This document shows, in pieces, positions 1 to 11,445 of a stretch of 64,000 bases of DNA. The translations under genes were made by a program, and so were the position numbers. Numbering within the stretch: position 1 is the first letter of the stretch; each line of letters begins with the position of its first letter. The stretch is from contig CM068743.1 of NCBI GenBank assembly GCA_035084275.1, forward strand, positions 115,692,001 to 115,756,000, read 5' to 3'. The notes under the pieces are model-generated. The model had not been told where the DNA came from. It saw nothing but the letters and a program-made list of their open reading frames with translations, and made no database searches. The stretch is from Hydrolagus colliei (taxonomy: Eukaryota).

Positions 1-245
1 TCGGAGACGTCTTAAGGCGCTTCACCGGAGTTTACTGTGGATTTGTAAACAAAATATTCAGCCAATGTGCGCACATAAACACCAATGATGCGAATAATCG
101 ATTGTACCCTAGTCAATTTTGGCCAGGAGAAACACCTTGCAGTTTACAAATAATGTCATGGGATTTGTTACGTCCTCCTTTCCCACCTGGAGGGCCAGCA
201 ACCCTGACTGCAGCATCCCCCAGAACTGCACTGGGAGCTCAGGCA
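1..245 (-). mobile_element. Deu-domain tRNA-SINE (SacSINE1/AmnSINE1-like), decayed, cut by window edge
   Basis: Reverse complement matches the other Deu-SINE copies here (cagtgcagttctggggga..., aatcccatgacatta, cctggccaa, gtgaagcgccttaagacgtc). Confidence 0.65.
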
Positions 246-597
246 TCTCAATGTTCTAACATGTGGCCTACACCATAAAATAGAGAACTACCCACCGAGG
301 TACCGGGCTGGCAGGGACAAGGTATTAGAGCAAGAGGCTCATGTGAAGAATGACACCAGCACGGCTGGCTTTCAGGTGTTTGCCTGGCTCAGCAGGAGCA
401 CTCTGTACTCTGCCCTAGACTAGATTTAGACTAGTACTCTCTGGAATGTTGTCCTTGTAGTTGGTGTTCAGTGCCACATATCTATTTGACAAGTTAACGC
501 TTCCCGAATCGACCTCCAGTCTACCTCACTAACTACCAGGGGGTGACATCTCCTGCAACGTAGGTTCAGGAACCCCTCCGCCTCTCCCACTAGTCTA

Positions 598-668
598 AGC
601 GCCTTGGGACGTCCTTCCGACGTGAAGGGCGCTCTATAAATTATATTTTGTTGTTGTTGTTGTTGTTG
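598..668 (+). mobile_element. L2 LINE 3' tail only (stem-loop + (TTG)n)
   Basis: agcgccttgggacgtccttccgacgtgaagggcgctctataaa...(ttg)n; nearly identical to the 3' end of the L2 at 57345-57781. Confidence 0.9.
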
Positions 669-1474
669 AGCGTCCCTGGTTAGTCAGTCCTCAGTCTCTA
701 AAACGTTGAACTCTAGCGTAAACCGGTACAAACACTTGCCATATATGTGTTCATCCTTGATACGAAGAAGTGCCCCGGATCTCCTAAATGGTGCAACGTC
801 GACAGAAAATGGCCATCGGCTGCATTAAACTGAACACGTTAAAAGATCAGCTAAAGCAAACACAGCCATTTAACCATCGTATTCTAACTCAAGATCCAGC
901 TTGCTGGGTTCCCTCTGAACCTCACCGACCTGTCACTGTATTGTTTCTTTTGGAACTACAGTGTTTCAGGTGCGTAAGATAACAACTTGCTCCCCCTGTA
1001 GTCTCAATAATACCTGACTTACTGGGAGCCAATGACCGGCTAAGTGTTAAATTGATCATTCACTGATTTTCTGACACAGACCAGCCAGGAGCCTGCAGCG
1101 CTGGGCGAGCACTGTTTGGAGGCTGATGGAGGAAAGTTACTGTACGCCTTCTTCGTTGCTGTGATCTGCACCAGACTCTCTCACTGGGGGTTAATCCATT
1201 CCTTGACACAGACCACTGCACTCTAATCTCTACCAAAGTCCAACACCAAATCTAAATTCACCGCTAACGAGTCAGGTCATAACTACATTTGCAGAACATT
1301 ACGTTTGCATAATGCATGTTTCGGCTATTCGAACAAAATCAATAGTTTACATAATTGCATAAGAACGCTTTCGTCTGTAATGTATGATCGCCTGCTACCT
1401 CTGTTAGTTCCAAGAATGCTTTAAAACCCCACAGGATCGCGCATGTTTTGCATTCCTATATCATCCGAGATAAA

Positions 1475-1565
1475 AAGGAAAACTGCGTCTTCTGGAGATC
1501 TGAAATAAAAACAAAGACTGCTGGAAACGCTCAGCGGTTTCAATCAACATCTGAAAGAGAAAGTT
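1475..1565 (-). mobile_element. Penelope-like element terminal fragment
   Basis: ctggagatctgaaataaaaacaaagactgctggaaacgctcagc is a diverged reverse complement of 18365-18425 and resembles 54185-54215. Confidence 0.55.
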
Positions 1566-3775
1566 TGCAGCACAAACCTCCATTGATCATAACTCTCTCA
1601 CTTGGGGTCCAATCTGAAATTGTGACCTGCCTTTTTGTTTGAGGCGCTGATTGAGGTTTAGGGTTCTCTCACTCGCTGCTTTATTCCTATTCCATTGGTT
1701 TACATTTTCCCTCAGAAGGATATGTTTGTAAGTGTTGGCACTGGAATGCAGTTAGACATGGAAAAAGAAAAAAAAAGACTAATTATTTTCCCTTTTAAGA
1801 TGGGACGGTAAACACCGTCTTGTTTTTTTTCTCAGGTTCCATGTTTATTTTAGGATTATACCGTGTCCGTTGTGTATGTTAATTTCAATTCCTTTGAAAA
1901 CTCAGCGGTGAATGCCAATTTGAAATAGATGGCAGAGCTAGACGCATTTACTTAAAGCAAACACAAAAGCACAGAGACTGCTGTTATTGTTGTCAAATGT
2001 TTCTACTAAATCATCTACCGTTTATTTTTATCCCACGAGAATCTTTATTTCTGTTTCTCTCTCGCCTTAGATAAGGAAACGAGACTTGTCTAGACGTACA
2101 AGGGCTCTGTGGGCACTTTTTGTTTATGTAATTAATTACTCTGAAACTGAGCGTCCGATTTCTCACATTTGTTACCCAGACGGTCCCCTCAGACCCCAAA
2201 CAGATAAAACCATTGACCGAAGAGCGATTTTGTTTTGAAAATTTTCCCCCCATATACTATCAGAAACATGCTATTGCTGCTTATTTGAACATACCCAGCT
2301 GTCACATTTCATTTGGGTGGAAACACGCGTTTTACCCAGTGTAACAATCATTCTGAACGGATCTGTTTTCTTCCCACCTGCTATGATACATTTGGGGAAA
2401 TCAATCAGATTTTCTCATTTTGTTTTCAAGGTGAGTTATTCTCATGTCCTCTCCTCACTGCCAACCACACATAACAGGACCAGAGGGGCGCCGTTGTCTG
2501 TGCTTGCACTGAAGGTGTCAATGGGGGCAGTAATAAAGCAGAAGCCTTTCTGTTAACAGACCCGCGAAAGAACAGCCGACAAGACTTCTCATCTGTAATA
2601 TAGAGATTATAGCATATATATATATATTATACATACATATATTATACATACAGTATACACAAGATGGGCTTTTGAGTTCCTCATTTAGTCGTGACTGTAT
2701 TTTAATAAAGTCTTGCATTAATACAATGATGACTCTTAATGGGATTCGACTAAACTGAGGAGACGCCTGTTTCCTCATTTATTATAGTCAGTGTCATTGA
2801 TACATTATCCTTTGCTTTGGAAGCTACCGTTTAAAATTACAAATTCATATCGACGAGGTGCACTCCAGAAACCTTAGTTTTTTTGCAACTAGGGTGTAAA
2901 TTTCTTTCGATTCACAAAATAACAAACTTAATGGGATCTAGAGAAATTGTAAAGCTGAAATCAAAATCATTTGTTGTGTCATTGGTCTCAACTGTGTTAT
3001 AAACAGTTTTGTTTTTTAAAAAAAGCCTTTCCTTTTATTCAGCGTTCGCAGTATGTAAGATTATATAAATACGGTAAATTTAAGAATAATTACAATATTT
3101 TGCAAAGATACCATTCTTGTTTGCTATGTGTGATTGACAGCCTGCATTGGTATTTGTCACACGGATGGCATGATTGGTTCCTTTCAATATTGCATTCTGG
3201 GGCTTTTCATGTGTTAACAATGCTGTTTAATTACAAGTACAGTATAACACACACAACCTGTACATCACTGCACAAACACCTCTTGATAGGTGGCATTTCA
3301 CTGAAGTTCTCAGTTTCATGAACATGCAGGTGATACTTTGGAAAACATGTAATTTCAGGGTTGAATATCATACAAATAGATGTTGTTTACACGCCACAGG
3401 ACATGTCCCCTCCTTAGTTAATTGAGTGTTAATGAGTTGAGATAAGATTTAGCTGTACGGACGACAGTGGAACACTGGGCGGAGCATAATCTGATTTAAA
3501 AGGTTAATGTGCAGCTCAAGGTGAAGTTATCCGCAAATTGAAACTCTCCCATTCACTCGCAAGGCACAAGACCGAGTGCTTTATTCTCGACATTAACACA
3601 TGTCAGTTTAGTCTTTCCAACAAAAGATGAAACCACCAACGTGTCCTTATTTTAATACTCAGATTGTATAGTACGAAGAGTGCAATCTACATAGGAAGTG
3701 GTTTTAATAGAGGACAGTGTTCAGGCAATGTGTGAATTATGTGAAAGTACACATCTATTCATAATTAGAGATTGG

Positions 3776-3948
3776 NNNNNNNNNNNNNNNNNNNNNNNNN
3801 NNNNNNNNNNNNNNNNNNNNNNNNNNNNNNNNNNNNNNNNNNNNNNNNNNNNNNNNNNNNNNNNNNNNNNNNNNNNNNNNNNNNNNNNNNNNNNNNNNNN
3901 NNNNNNNNNNNNNNNNNNNNNNNNNNNNNNNNNNNNNNNNNNNNNNNN
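3776..3948. other. Assembly gap (173 N)
   Basis: Run of n. Confidence 1.
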
Positions 3949-4099
3949 ATGAGACATCTGATATTGCCGATTGCTTATCCAGACATATAATTGGAAATGT
4001 CTTAGGTTTTTTTTAAAAAAAGTAAATCTCCAAGTTAATACTTTGTCCGATATCCTTCCAGTTTATTTACAACTATCTACAGTAAATATATTGTTATTA

Positions 4100-7030
4100 G
4101 CTCAGTCGGCGTGGCCGAGTTTGCTTTGTAGCTGCAGCGGATTATGCAGACATGAGAAAAGCACTGCACTCACCTTCAAGTGATCAAGCGGTAAACTGAA
4201 GGTTTGCCGGAGTCCTCACACAGCGGCGGCGGCGAGGCATTGGCCAGTCAATGTCAAATAAAGTGAAATGAATGCAGTTTATACCGTACAGCTCGAATCA
4301 GCAGCTTTTGTTTAATTCCATTAGACACCCCGCATCCTCCAGAACGTAAACACAATGCAGGAGGTATAATCAGCCACACTCGACAATTAGATTACCGTCA
4401 AATTGCCATCGGATAATGTGCTAAAAGCTTTCCCACTTAGTGTAACTCCTTCCTGAAAATTATTCGCACATTTGGTCTCCTATGGTCCCAGATGGCGGTG
4501 CCTGGTGTTTAAAATGGCAATGCCTGATTATCCGGGTTGCATTTTTAACATCGCCTTGCTTCACTCAGAAGTGAATTGCAAACCATAGCAATGTTGTGTA
4601 AGTGACACGGAACCGTTGAGCCTATTGTATAATCACTCTCAGCTAAAGGTTGTTTAATTCGGTGGGGCCCACCGACCCCAACACACATTGTATTTTATGG
4701 AGACGGCCCAAAGGCAGACACTCCTCGGTGATGACCTGCGACGTTTGAGTTGAACAATCTCTTTAATTAAAACAAACTCTGGTGGCCGGGTTGTTATATT
4801 GTTCACACGGTCCCCTCCTCGGGTTTGACCAGTCCCCGGGTTTTGATCGGTATTCACGGTATCGTTCTGTATATCGCCTTGCAAGTGTATTTTAAAGAAA
4901 ATATTGGGAGATGTGCAGAGGAGAGGGCAGCATTAACGCAAATTCACTGCAGGGCATGGAGGTCTGTGTGTGTGTGTGTCTGTCATACAATACCGGGGAG
5001 GGCTGTCCAGATTGCTATTTTCCAGATAATAACTACATTTCACAAAATTCATAACTTACATTTGTCCACAAATGTGAACTGTAAAATCAGACCCCTGCAC
5101 ACACGGGAAACGGAATACCTTACATATGTGCAGGATTGTATTGGTAAACACTGTGTGAATGGGGGGGGAGGGGTGGGGAGAGAGCGGTTTTTCTTCTTAA
5201 AAAGGGAAGCGTTGGGTTTTTGAAACCGCATTTCAAGTTTATCTTGAAAGAGCTGGTTGGCGATTTAAACTTGTCCCTCCCGGAGACTAAGCTGATATGT
5301 TCGCAACTCCGCAGGGCTTTGATGTCGGTTGCATTTCTGGCTCTTTGATTCCCCCTGTGCACCGATGAAGATACAATATTGACTTGGCAGAGGGAGGGTT
5401 GCGGGGCTAATCAGGACTATTATCAGGCGGGTTCGGGTGGATGGCGCCATGTGAGCTTACCCCATTAGCCCGATTATAGGAACTGTTCATCCATGATTCC
5501 AATTGACTGTAGCCACGCTCAGCCTCAAACCCAACCCTAACCTCAGCCGCATTTCTCAAGCGCACACTCATGTCCCAATTGTTAAAGGGCGCTAGAGAAA
5601 AAACACCAACTGGGAGTATAATTTTCGATTGCTCTCAACTCTCTACACGGATCCACGCGTTATTGGCAATAACAATGACATTAACTCTACCGGTGTAAAG
5701 AGCAGCACAGTGATTTTTGTTTTTACATTGATGTGGTAAAAAGAGAGGTGACACGCACGGGTATTAAAGGGAGATCTCCATTGCGGGTGACTGCAAACAC
5801 GTGGACATTTACCAATATGTTCAAATTGCGGAGTGACATGTTCTCGATGTATTCAGAGGCTGTTCCCCCCCCACCACCCCGAACACAAAAGTGGAATGTC
5901 ATCGCGTCCATTTCCTTCGCTGTGGTCACCCACCTCAGTCCCGCGTTGGACTTTATGGTTAAATAGAGAATCATTTTGCACCACAGAATGAACATGCGTT
6001 GAAGCCAGAACAAAGGATCTCAAATTGAACGAATTATACTCGCAGCCAGTCACCTCTCGGCGATTCTTGTTCTTGTGCACGTTTTACTTTGGAAACAAAC
6101 GGGTTCCATATTTATTTTTGTTTGCGCGGTGTTACTCTGAGACATTTCCGAGAAGTGCTGGCGGCTACAGCAAGTCACGTCAATCGCCCGCGAGGAGGAG
6201 TCGGAATTTAAGCCGCAAACGTTAACATCGAAATGATGGGACGCGTTTGCAGATGCAAATAATGACAACTCTCTGAGCCGACCTTTGTGATCGGGATGGT
6301 TTAGTGAGTCCCCGCCAGTCGTTTAATGCTCAATTGATTGCAAACAATTTAGGTTTCAATTCTTGTTTTAAACCGCGCTCGAACTAGTCGCTAGAACACG
6401 CCACTGGTCCGCAAAGGTCATCTTAAATATGAATTAATAACGTGAAAATTTCAACGCGTCGATCTAGTTTGCATTTGGCATTTAAGAACACACGCAATTA
6501 AAAACACACTATCTAAATAACACGCTGGCCAGACATAATCTTTTAAAGCAACTGAGGGATGGGATAGTCACTGAAAACATATTTAGACCTGGATGACTGA
6601 TATCCAGAGTGCAGCGTGTGCGCTAATGTTTCTCTTTTTGTCTCAATAAATCAGAGTACAAGACCCTGATTTAATTGGCGCTGCTAATGAAATGGCTGCA
6701 ATATCATCGCGACGCCGCTCACCTTTCAAAGCCAGACGTTATTGAGTTATGGTGAACCGAGAACGCGGATCGTCTTATTGGATTAGTTCGCCTTCATTTT
6801 TTTTCAAAGGGCGGACCCCCCCCTCCCCCCCCCCCCCCTTCGCTTACAAATGTGACTGCGCGGTGTCTATCAAACAGTGACCCAACTCTTTCTAGAGGAG
6901 CCACCGGCAGTCACTATGCGAAGTGTTTGGAAATCTCAGGACAGTATTAATTTGTCAGTGGCTTCCGAGATAAACCCACGGATGTTTCCGCGGTGCTGTC
7001 TTGTGTCGCTTTTATCATTGATAACACCGC
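4100..7030. promoter_or_regulatory. CpG-island-like regulatory domain
   Basis: Visibly high CpG density (cgcg, gcggcggcggcg, acgcgt) compared with the CpG-depleted rest of the window; essentially free of SINE/LINE; contains octamer ATGCAAAT (~6253), TCACGTCA (~6175) and TAATT clusters. Confidence 0.55.
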
Positions 7031-7081
7031 ATACATAATACCGTTGTAACTGCATGTTGCAACATAACATACAATGGAAAA

Positions 7082-7101
7082 ATCAAATGCAAGGATTGCT
7101 A

Positions 7102-7135
<34 letters not shown>
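7082..7135 (+). repeat. SINE 3' tail with (TTA)n microsatellite
   Basis: atcaaatgcaaggatt...(tta)n is the tail of the full SINE copies. Confidence 0.8.
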
Positions 7136-7136
<1 letters not shown>

Positions 7137-7894
7137 GGCCGCTTTTATATTACAAACGTATCGTTATTACAATGACACGCGTTTTTTCTTGAAATACACA
7201 CTGTTGACACTTTAAGATATGGAATGACTGGTGAAGCAATTGCTGGGTATGAAAGAAAATCACCAGAAGAAGGGACAACATGGAACAAATTGATAGAATC
7301 TCAGCAGCGTTCCTCTGGTGCTGATCCTTCTCAACCAGCACACGCTCTCTCTGCCTCTCTCAAATAAGCAGTTTTGCATTCATTTTAAGTAAACATACGC
7401 ACCCTGTTGACAGATAAGAATTTAGTCTATCTGCACAATGTCGCTATTTTTTTTGTCCTGTTTCATTTTGGCGAATTTATAGCTTGTGCTTCAACCAGGT
7501 GTCAAACAGGCCATCCAATAAAAAGCTTCTCAACCATACCTCGAAGAGGGATTTGCTATCTTCCCCCCCCCTCCCTCAATAAAATCAAATACAAATGTAC
7601 TTTGCAACGCAATTTTGAATTACGGCACAGATGTGGACTGTATGATAACTGGCCCACAGCATTCACCATAATAGCAGCTTTCTCTCAGCTTTCTCTTTCA
7701 GCTGAGATTCAAAACACTGGGTAAAAGTGACAAGGGAAATAATTTAATTCACTGAAAATATACATATCTGGAGATAAGTACCATCAGTTTAAGGAAGTGT
7801 TCCCCTTTTTGACTTTTTAAGTCGACCTTTAAGTGTTTTCAAGCTATTGGGCCTTCCATTATATTATATGGTTTCCATTATATGATTATATAAA

Positions 7895-8175
7895 CAATAA
7901 TCCTTGCTTTGATAAAGCACCTTTCACGTCAAAGCGCTTCACAGCATTTAATGCAGTGCAGTGACTGTGTATTTTGTAGTGTTTTATGATTGTATGTATT
8001 CAGCATCTTCACACACCGAAGTGTTTACAATTCTTCCCAAACACTGTACGAATAATAATTCTAATAATAATCCTTGCATTTCATACAGCGCTTTTCTTGT
8101 AGACGTATCAAAGCGCTTCACAGAATATACTGTAGAATGAATCGACTGTATATTTTGTGGGTGAAACGCGGTCTC
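7895..8175 (-). mobile_element. Two tandem SINE 3' fragments
   Basis: aataatccttgc(a)ttt...aaagcgcttcacag occurs at ~7895 and ~8062. Confidence 0.75.
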
Positions 8176-8414
8176 TAACTATTTAAACTATGATATTAAA
8201 CATTTAAGAGAAGCAGTCAAGAGAAGCAAAGATTATTAAAATTTAACTTTAAAATACATTTATGGCGTAGAGTATATCTGTTGATTCAATCGTCCCTGAT
8301 GCCAGCAAAAACACTGTCACACCTCAAAGAGAACAATGTGAATAAACCACAGGAAATGTCACAAAAATAATGGAAATCCTGGAATCACTTGAGACTGTGA
8401 AGGACTTAAAAACT

Positions 8415-8493
8415 TGAAAATGGTTACAAACCACTTGCTCTCACTGCAACATCTGATATTTCTGATGAGATTACTGGTTTGTAACCATTTTCA
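8415..8493. repeat. Hairpin with perfect 19-bp inverted arms
   Basis: tgaaaatggttacaaacca (8415-8433) / tggtttgtaaccattttca (8475-8493). Confidence 0.95.
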
Positions 8494-9679
8494 TTTATCT
8501 ATCAATATTTGTATATTCTTTATTTTGCTACATACAATGTATTTTTATGAAGCAATGTATTATTTTGTATTATTGTACAATGGATAGAATATTATTATAT
8601 GGTATATATTATTATCCTATTATTCTTTATATTGTTCAACAAAGCACTGTGACATATCAACAGTTGCATTTATATAGAGCACCCTATACTTCGAGTAGCA
8701 TCTCAGAGCATTTAGAAGTGTTATGTTTTGCTGCCAAGTGAGTGCATTAGGTTATTGCACTATTTTAATAATATAAATGCATAGTGCCCTATCTTAATAA
8801 TATAAGTACCATATGAAAATCATATAAATAACATCACTATGTGATATCTCAAAGTAAGGCTAATTTTGTATAGAATAAAAGAATTCTACTTTACAGTAAA
8901 ACCTGTGCCTTGAGATACTTTGACAACTTGATAAGTTGCTGTATCAAATGTAAGGATTGTTATCATATTGTGATATTTGGTATATTTTGTTGTGTTTCTG
9001 TTATGTTATACTATAGTATGCTACATCTGATATATTATTGCACATTATTGTACCCTCTAGTGTTACAAATTATAGAAGCAAAACATACTTGTATTTTTCC
9101 AGAGTACAGTTTTATGTATTCTAGAATATATTCAATCTAATTAAGAAATAAAGGACATCATTGTAATATATAATGATACAACATATTAGCTTGCAATTAC
9201 GAGGCGAGCACTCTAACCACTGAGCTAACCCCATTCCCTGCTCTGTCTCACTGTCTCCCCATCAATAAATATATCAAGAATATTGATACAACATTATTAG
9301 CTTATAATTATTTTGTATTATATACTACATTGTCATTTTTATTTTCCTCATATGCAATTCTGTACTACACAATGATAATGGTGTTTGATGTATTTTTGAC
9401 ATGGTGTACTGCAAATTATATTAAGCTTCATGGAGCAGAACTGGGGCAGTTAATTAGGGTTAAATGCTAGAGTCAAAAATCACCAAAAAGAATATTCAAA
9501 GGTTAGTTTTATTGCAAGTTCAATGAATAAAAAATAAAATTATTGTTTTGTGTTTTGACAGTGACATTTCTCATTCCATCATCATTGTTCTACATGTGGG
9601 GTTTCATGGCAAAATTGTTCAGAATGTAAGGCATGGAATGTAGAATCGAACTGTCAGCCCATTCACTGATCATTGGCTG

Positions 9680-10030
9680 ATATAGGTAATTATATACTAA
9701 GCTGTGTACAGTGGAATCTTTTGGTAATTATACTCTATACTGTGTACAGCATGTTTTTGATAATTATACACTGCTGTATACATCATAATGCTTTTGGTGA
9801 TTATATGCTACTGAACCATAGATATTTTCAAAGAAGGCCATTTGTTTCATCCTGTCATGTCTCATCTCTTTTAAAAAGCAATCATTTCAGTCCAATTTAC
9901 CTGCCCTTTCCCCATATCTCTGCAGTGTACTCCTTACTCAGTATTATGATTGATAATTCTAGATTGTGCTAGGAACAGTTGATCTTTTTGGTAATTCTAG
10001 GCTGTGCTGTATACAGCACATTGTATTTTG
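9680..10030. repeat. Degenerate ~35-bp AT-rich minisatellite
   Basis: Recurring ttttggtaatt(a/c)ta...ctgt(g/a)tacagc units at ~9685, 9720, 9755, 9792, 9950 and 9986. Confidence 0.6.
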
Positions 10031-10287
10031 TTTTTATATATTGTCGCTTTGTGGTACTTATATGCTATGTTATTTTGACACTATAACCCACTATGGAGTG
10101 GTATAACGCAGCATGGTGGGATTTTACGCAATATATCAGACTAACAGATTTATGTTATTTGAATCCACTGGAGAAAAACGCAATTCACGTTGTTGGATGT
10201 AAGTTTCACATACTGATCATTAACATTCATCAGTTGTACTCCAGCATTGTGAGTAAGGAATGTCTCACAGTTACACAGCTGTGACTA

Positions 10288-10747
10288 CACGCTGCAAAAC
10301 AGCCTTTTACAATGTGGAACGCAAAGTTTAAAACTAGTGTTGTCAAGCAGATTTCCAACTAGTTATCAGTCCATCCATTCATGTGGTTATCTGTCCTGAT
10401 AACCTCTATAAACCTGATAAATATATGATAGTATGCTACTTGTGATCAGTGATTATGGGCTGATATGGCTAGACATGGCCTTTGGGTACAAATATCAACC
10501 TTGATGGGTACCTTAAAGTTGAATCAAGTTGTGCAACACTTTTTCTAACAACATTTAAATTTCATGATGCAAATATATGTGGTAAATATTTTATGTTCCT
10601 ACTCATCAGCAGCGCAAGAGTTCAGGAGTTATCAGTACAGATAGCTGTGAGAATTGATGGACTGATAACCAGTGGTAATCTGTCTGATAAGACTGGTCCT
10701 AAATTCTATATTCCACACTTCAAACCAGAGCACTATGCTGCAGAGTG
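10288..10747. mobile_element. Old palindromic non-autonomous DNA transposon (MITE) with ~120-bp imperfect TIRs and CAC...GTG termini
   Basis: 10288-10410 aligns to the reverse complement of 10620-10747, e.g. gttatcagtccatccattc vs gttatcagtccatcaattc; tatctgtcctgataac vs tatctgtactgataac; aatgtggaacgcaaagttt vs agtgtggaatatagaattt. Confidence 0.75.
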
Positions 10748-11049
10748 CAGATGCAGATAATTAACTAGATATCATTCTGCATGATAATGTTATAATAGAG
10801 CTGATGAGCATCAACAAGTAGTCATGACCATATAAAATAACTTTGCTTAAATTTTTTTCCATACTCTGATATAAATTAATATTCAGCCTGATAAGTTGTT
10901 AACTCGGTGTAGTGTATAATAAAGAATGGAATGTGCTTAGGAATACTGTAATTTTGACCCCAGGTAAAAAAAACTAGCATGTTGATGGTATCTAATTAGA
11001 TTGTAGCATCTCAAAATGCTGCTTCACATTTACTGCCACATGTACGATT

Positions 11050-11445
11050 AATAATAATAATAATCCTTGCATTTGATACAGCGCTTTTCACATTTTATAG
11101 ACGTCACAAAGCGCTTCACAGAATATACTGTAAAGTGAATTGGCTGTCTAACTGTGGGCGAGACTGTTTGTGTAAGATATTTCTACCAGCAAGATCCTAA
11201 AATCATGAAATGAATAAGCAATTAATCTTGAGAGTTGCCCAGAAGTACACAGAAGTTTTTTTCTTCTTTGAAAAGGCCATAAGATATTTAACATCCGCCT
11301 GAAAACAGGTGGATGGGACCTTGGTTTAACATGTCACCTGAAAGACAGCATACTTGACAATGGTGTGCTCTCCCATCAGTATATTGATGTACCATCTTAT
11401 CTATGAGTTCAAGTTCCAATATGTGGTCCGAAACCACAAACTTAC
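11050..11445 (-). mobile_element. Deu-domain SINE with (TTA)n tail
   Basis: Reverse complement has ttcaggtgacatgttaaaccaaggtcccatc...ggcggatgttaaata and the standard tail. Confidence 0.8.

Noticed and set aside
1807-1830. gacggt-aaac-accgtc hairpin followed by a T-run, like an intrinsic terminator
   Set aside because: Vertebrate DNA, only a 6-bp stem and no upstream gene; expected by chance.
3698-3990. ORFs spanning the poly-X stretch
   Set aside because: Artefacts of the N gap.
4485-4500. CTCF-like CCAGATGGCGG
   Set aside because: The 5' part of the CTCF consensus is mismatched; not supportable without a PWM score or ChIP data.
5525-5548. Telomere-like aacccaaccctaacc
   Set aside because: Only one exact CCCTAA unit.
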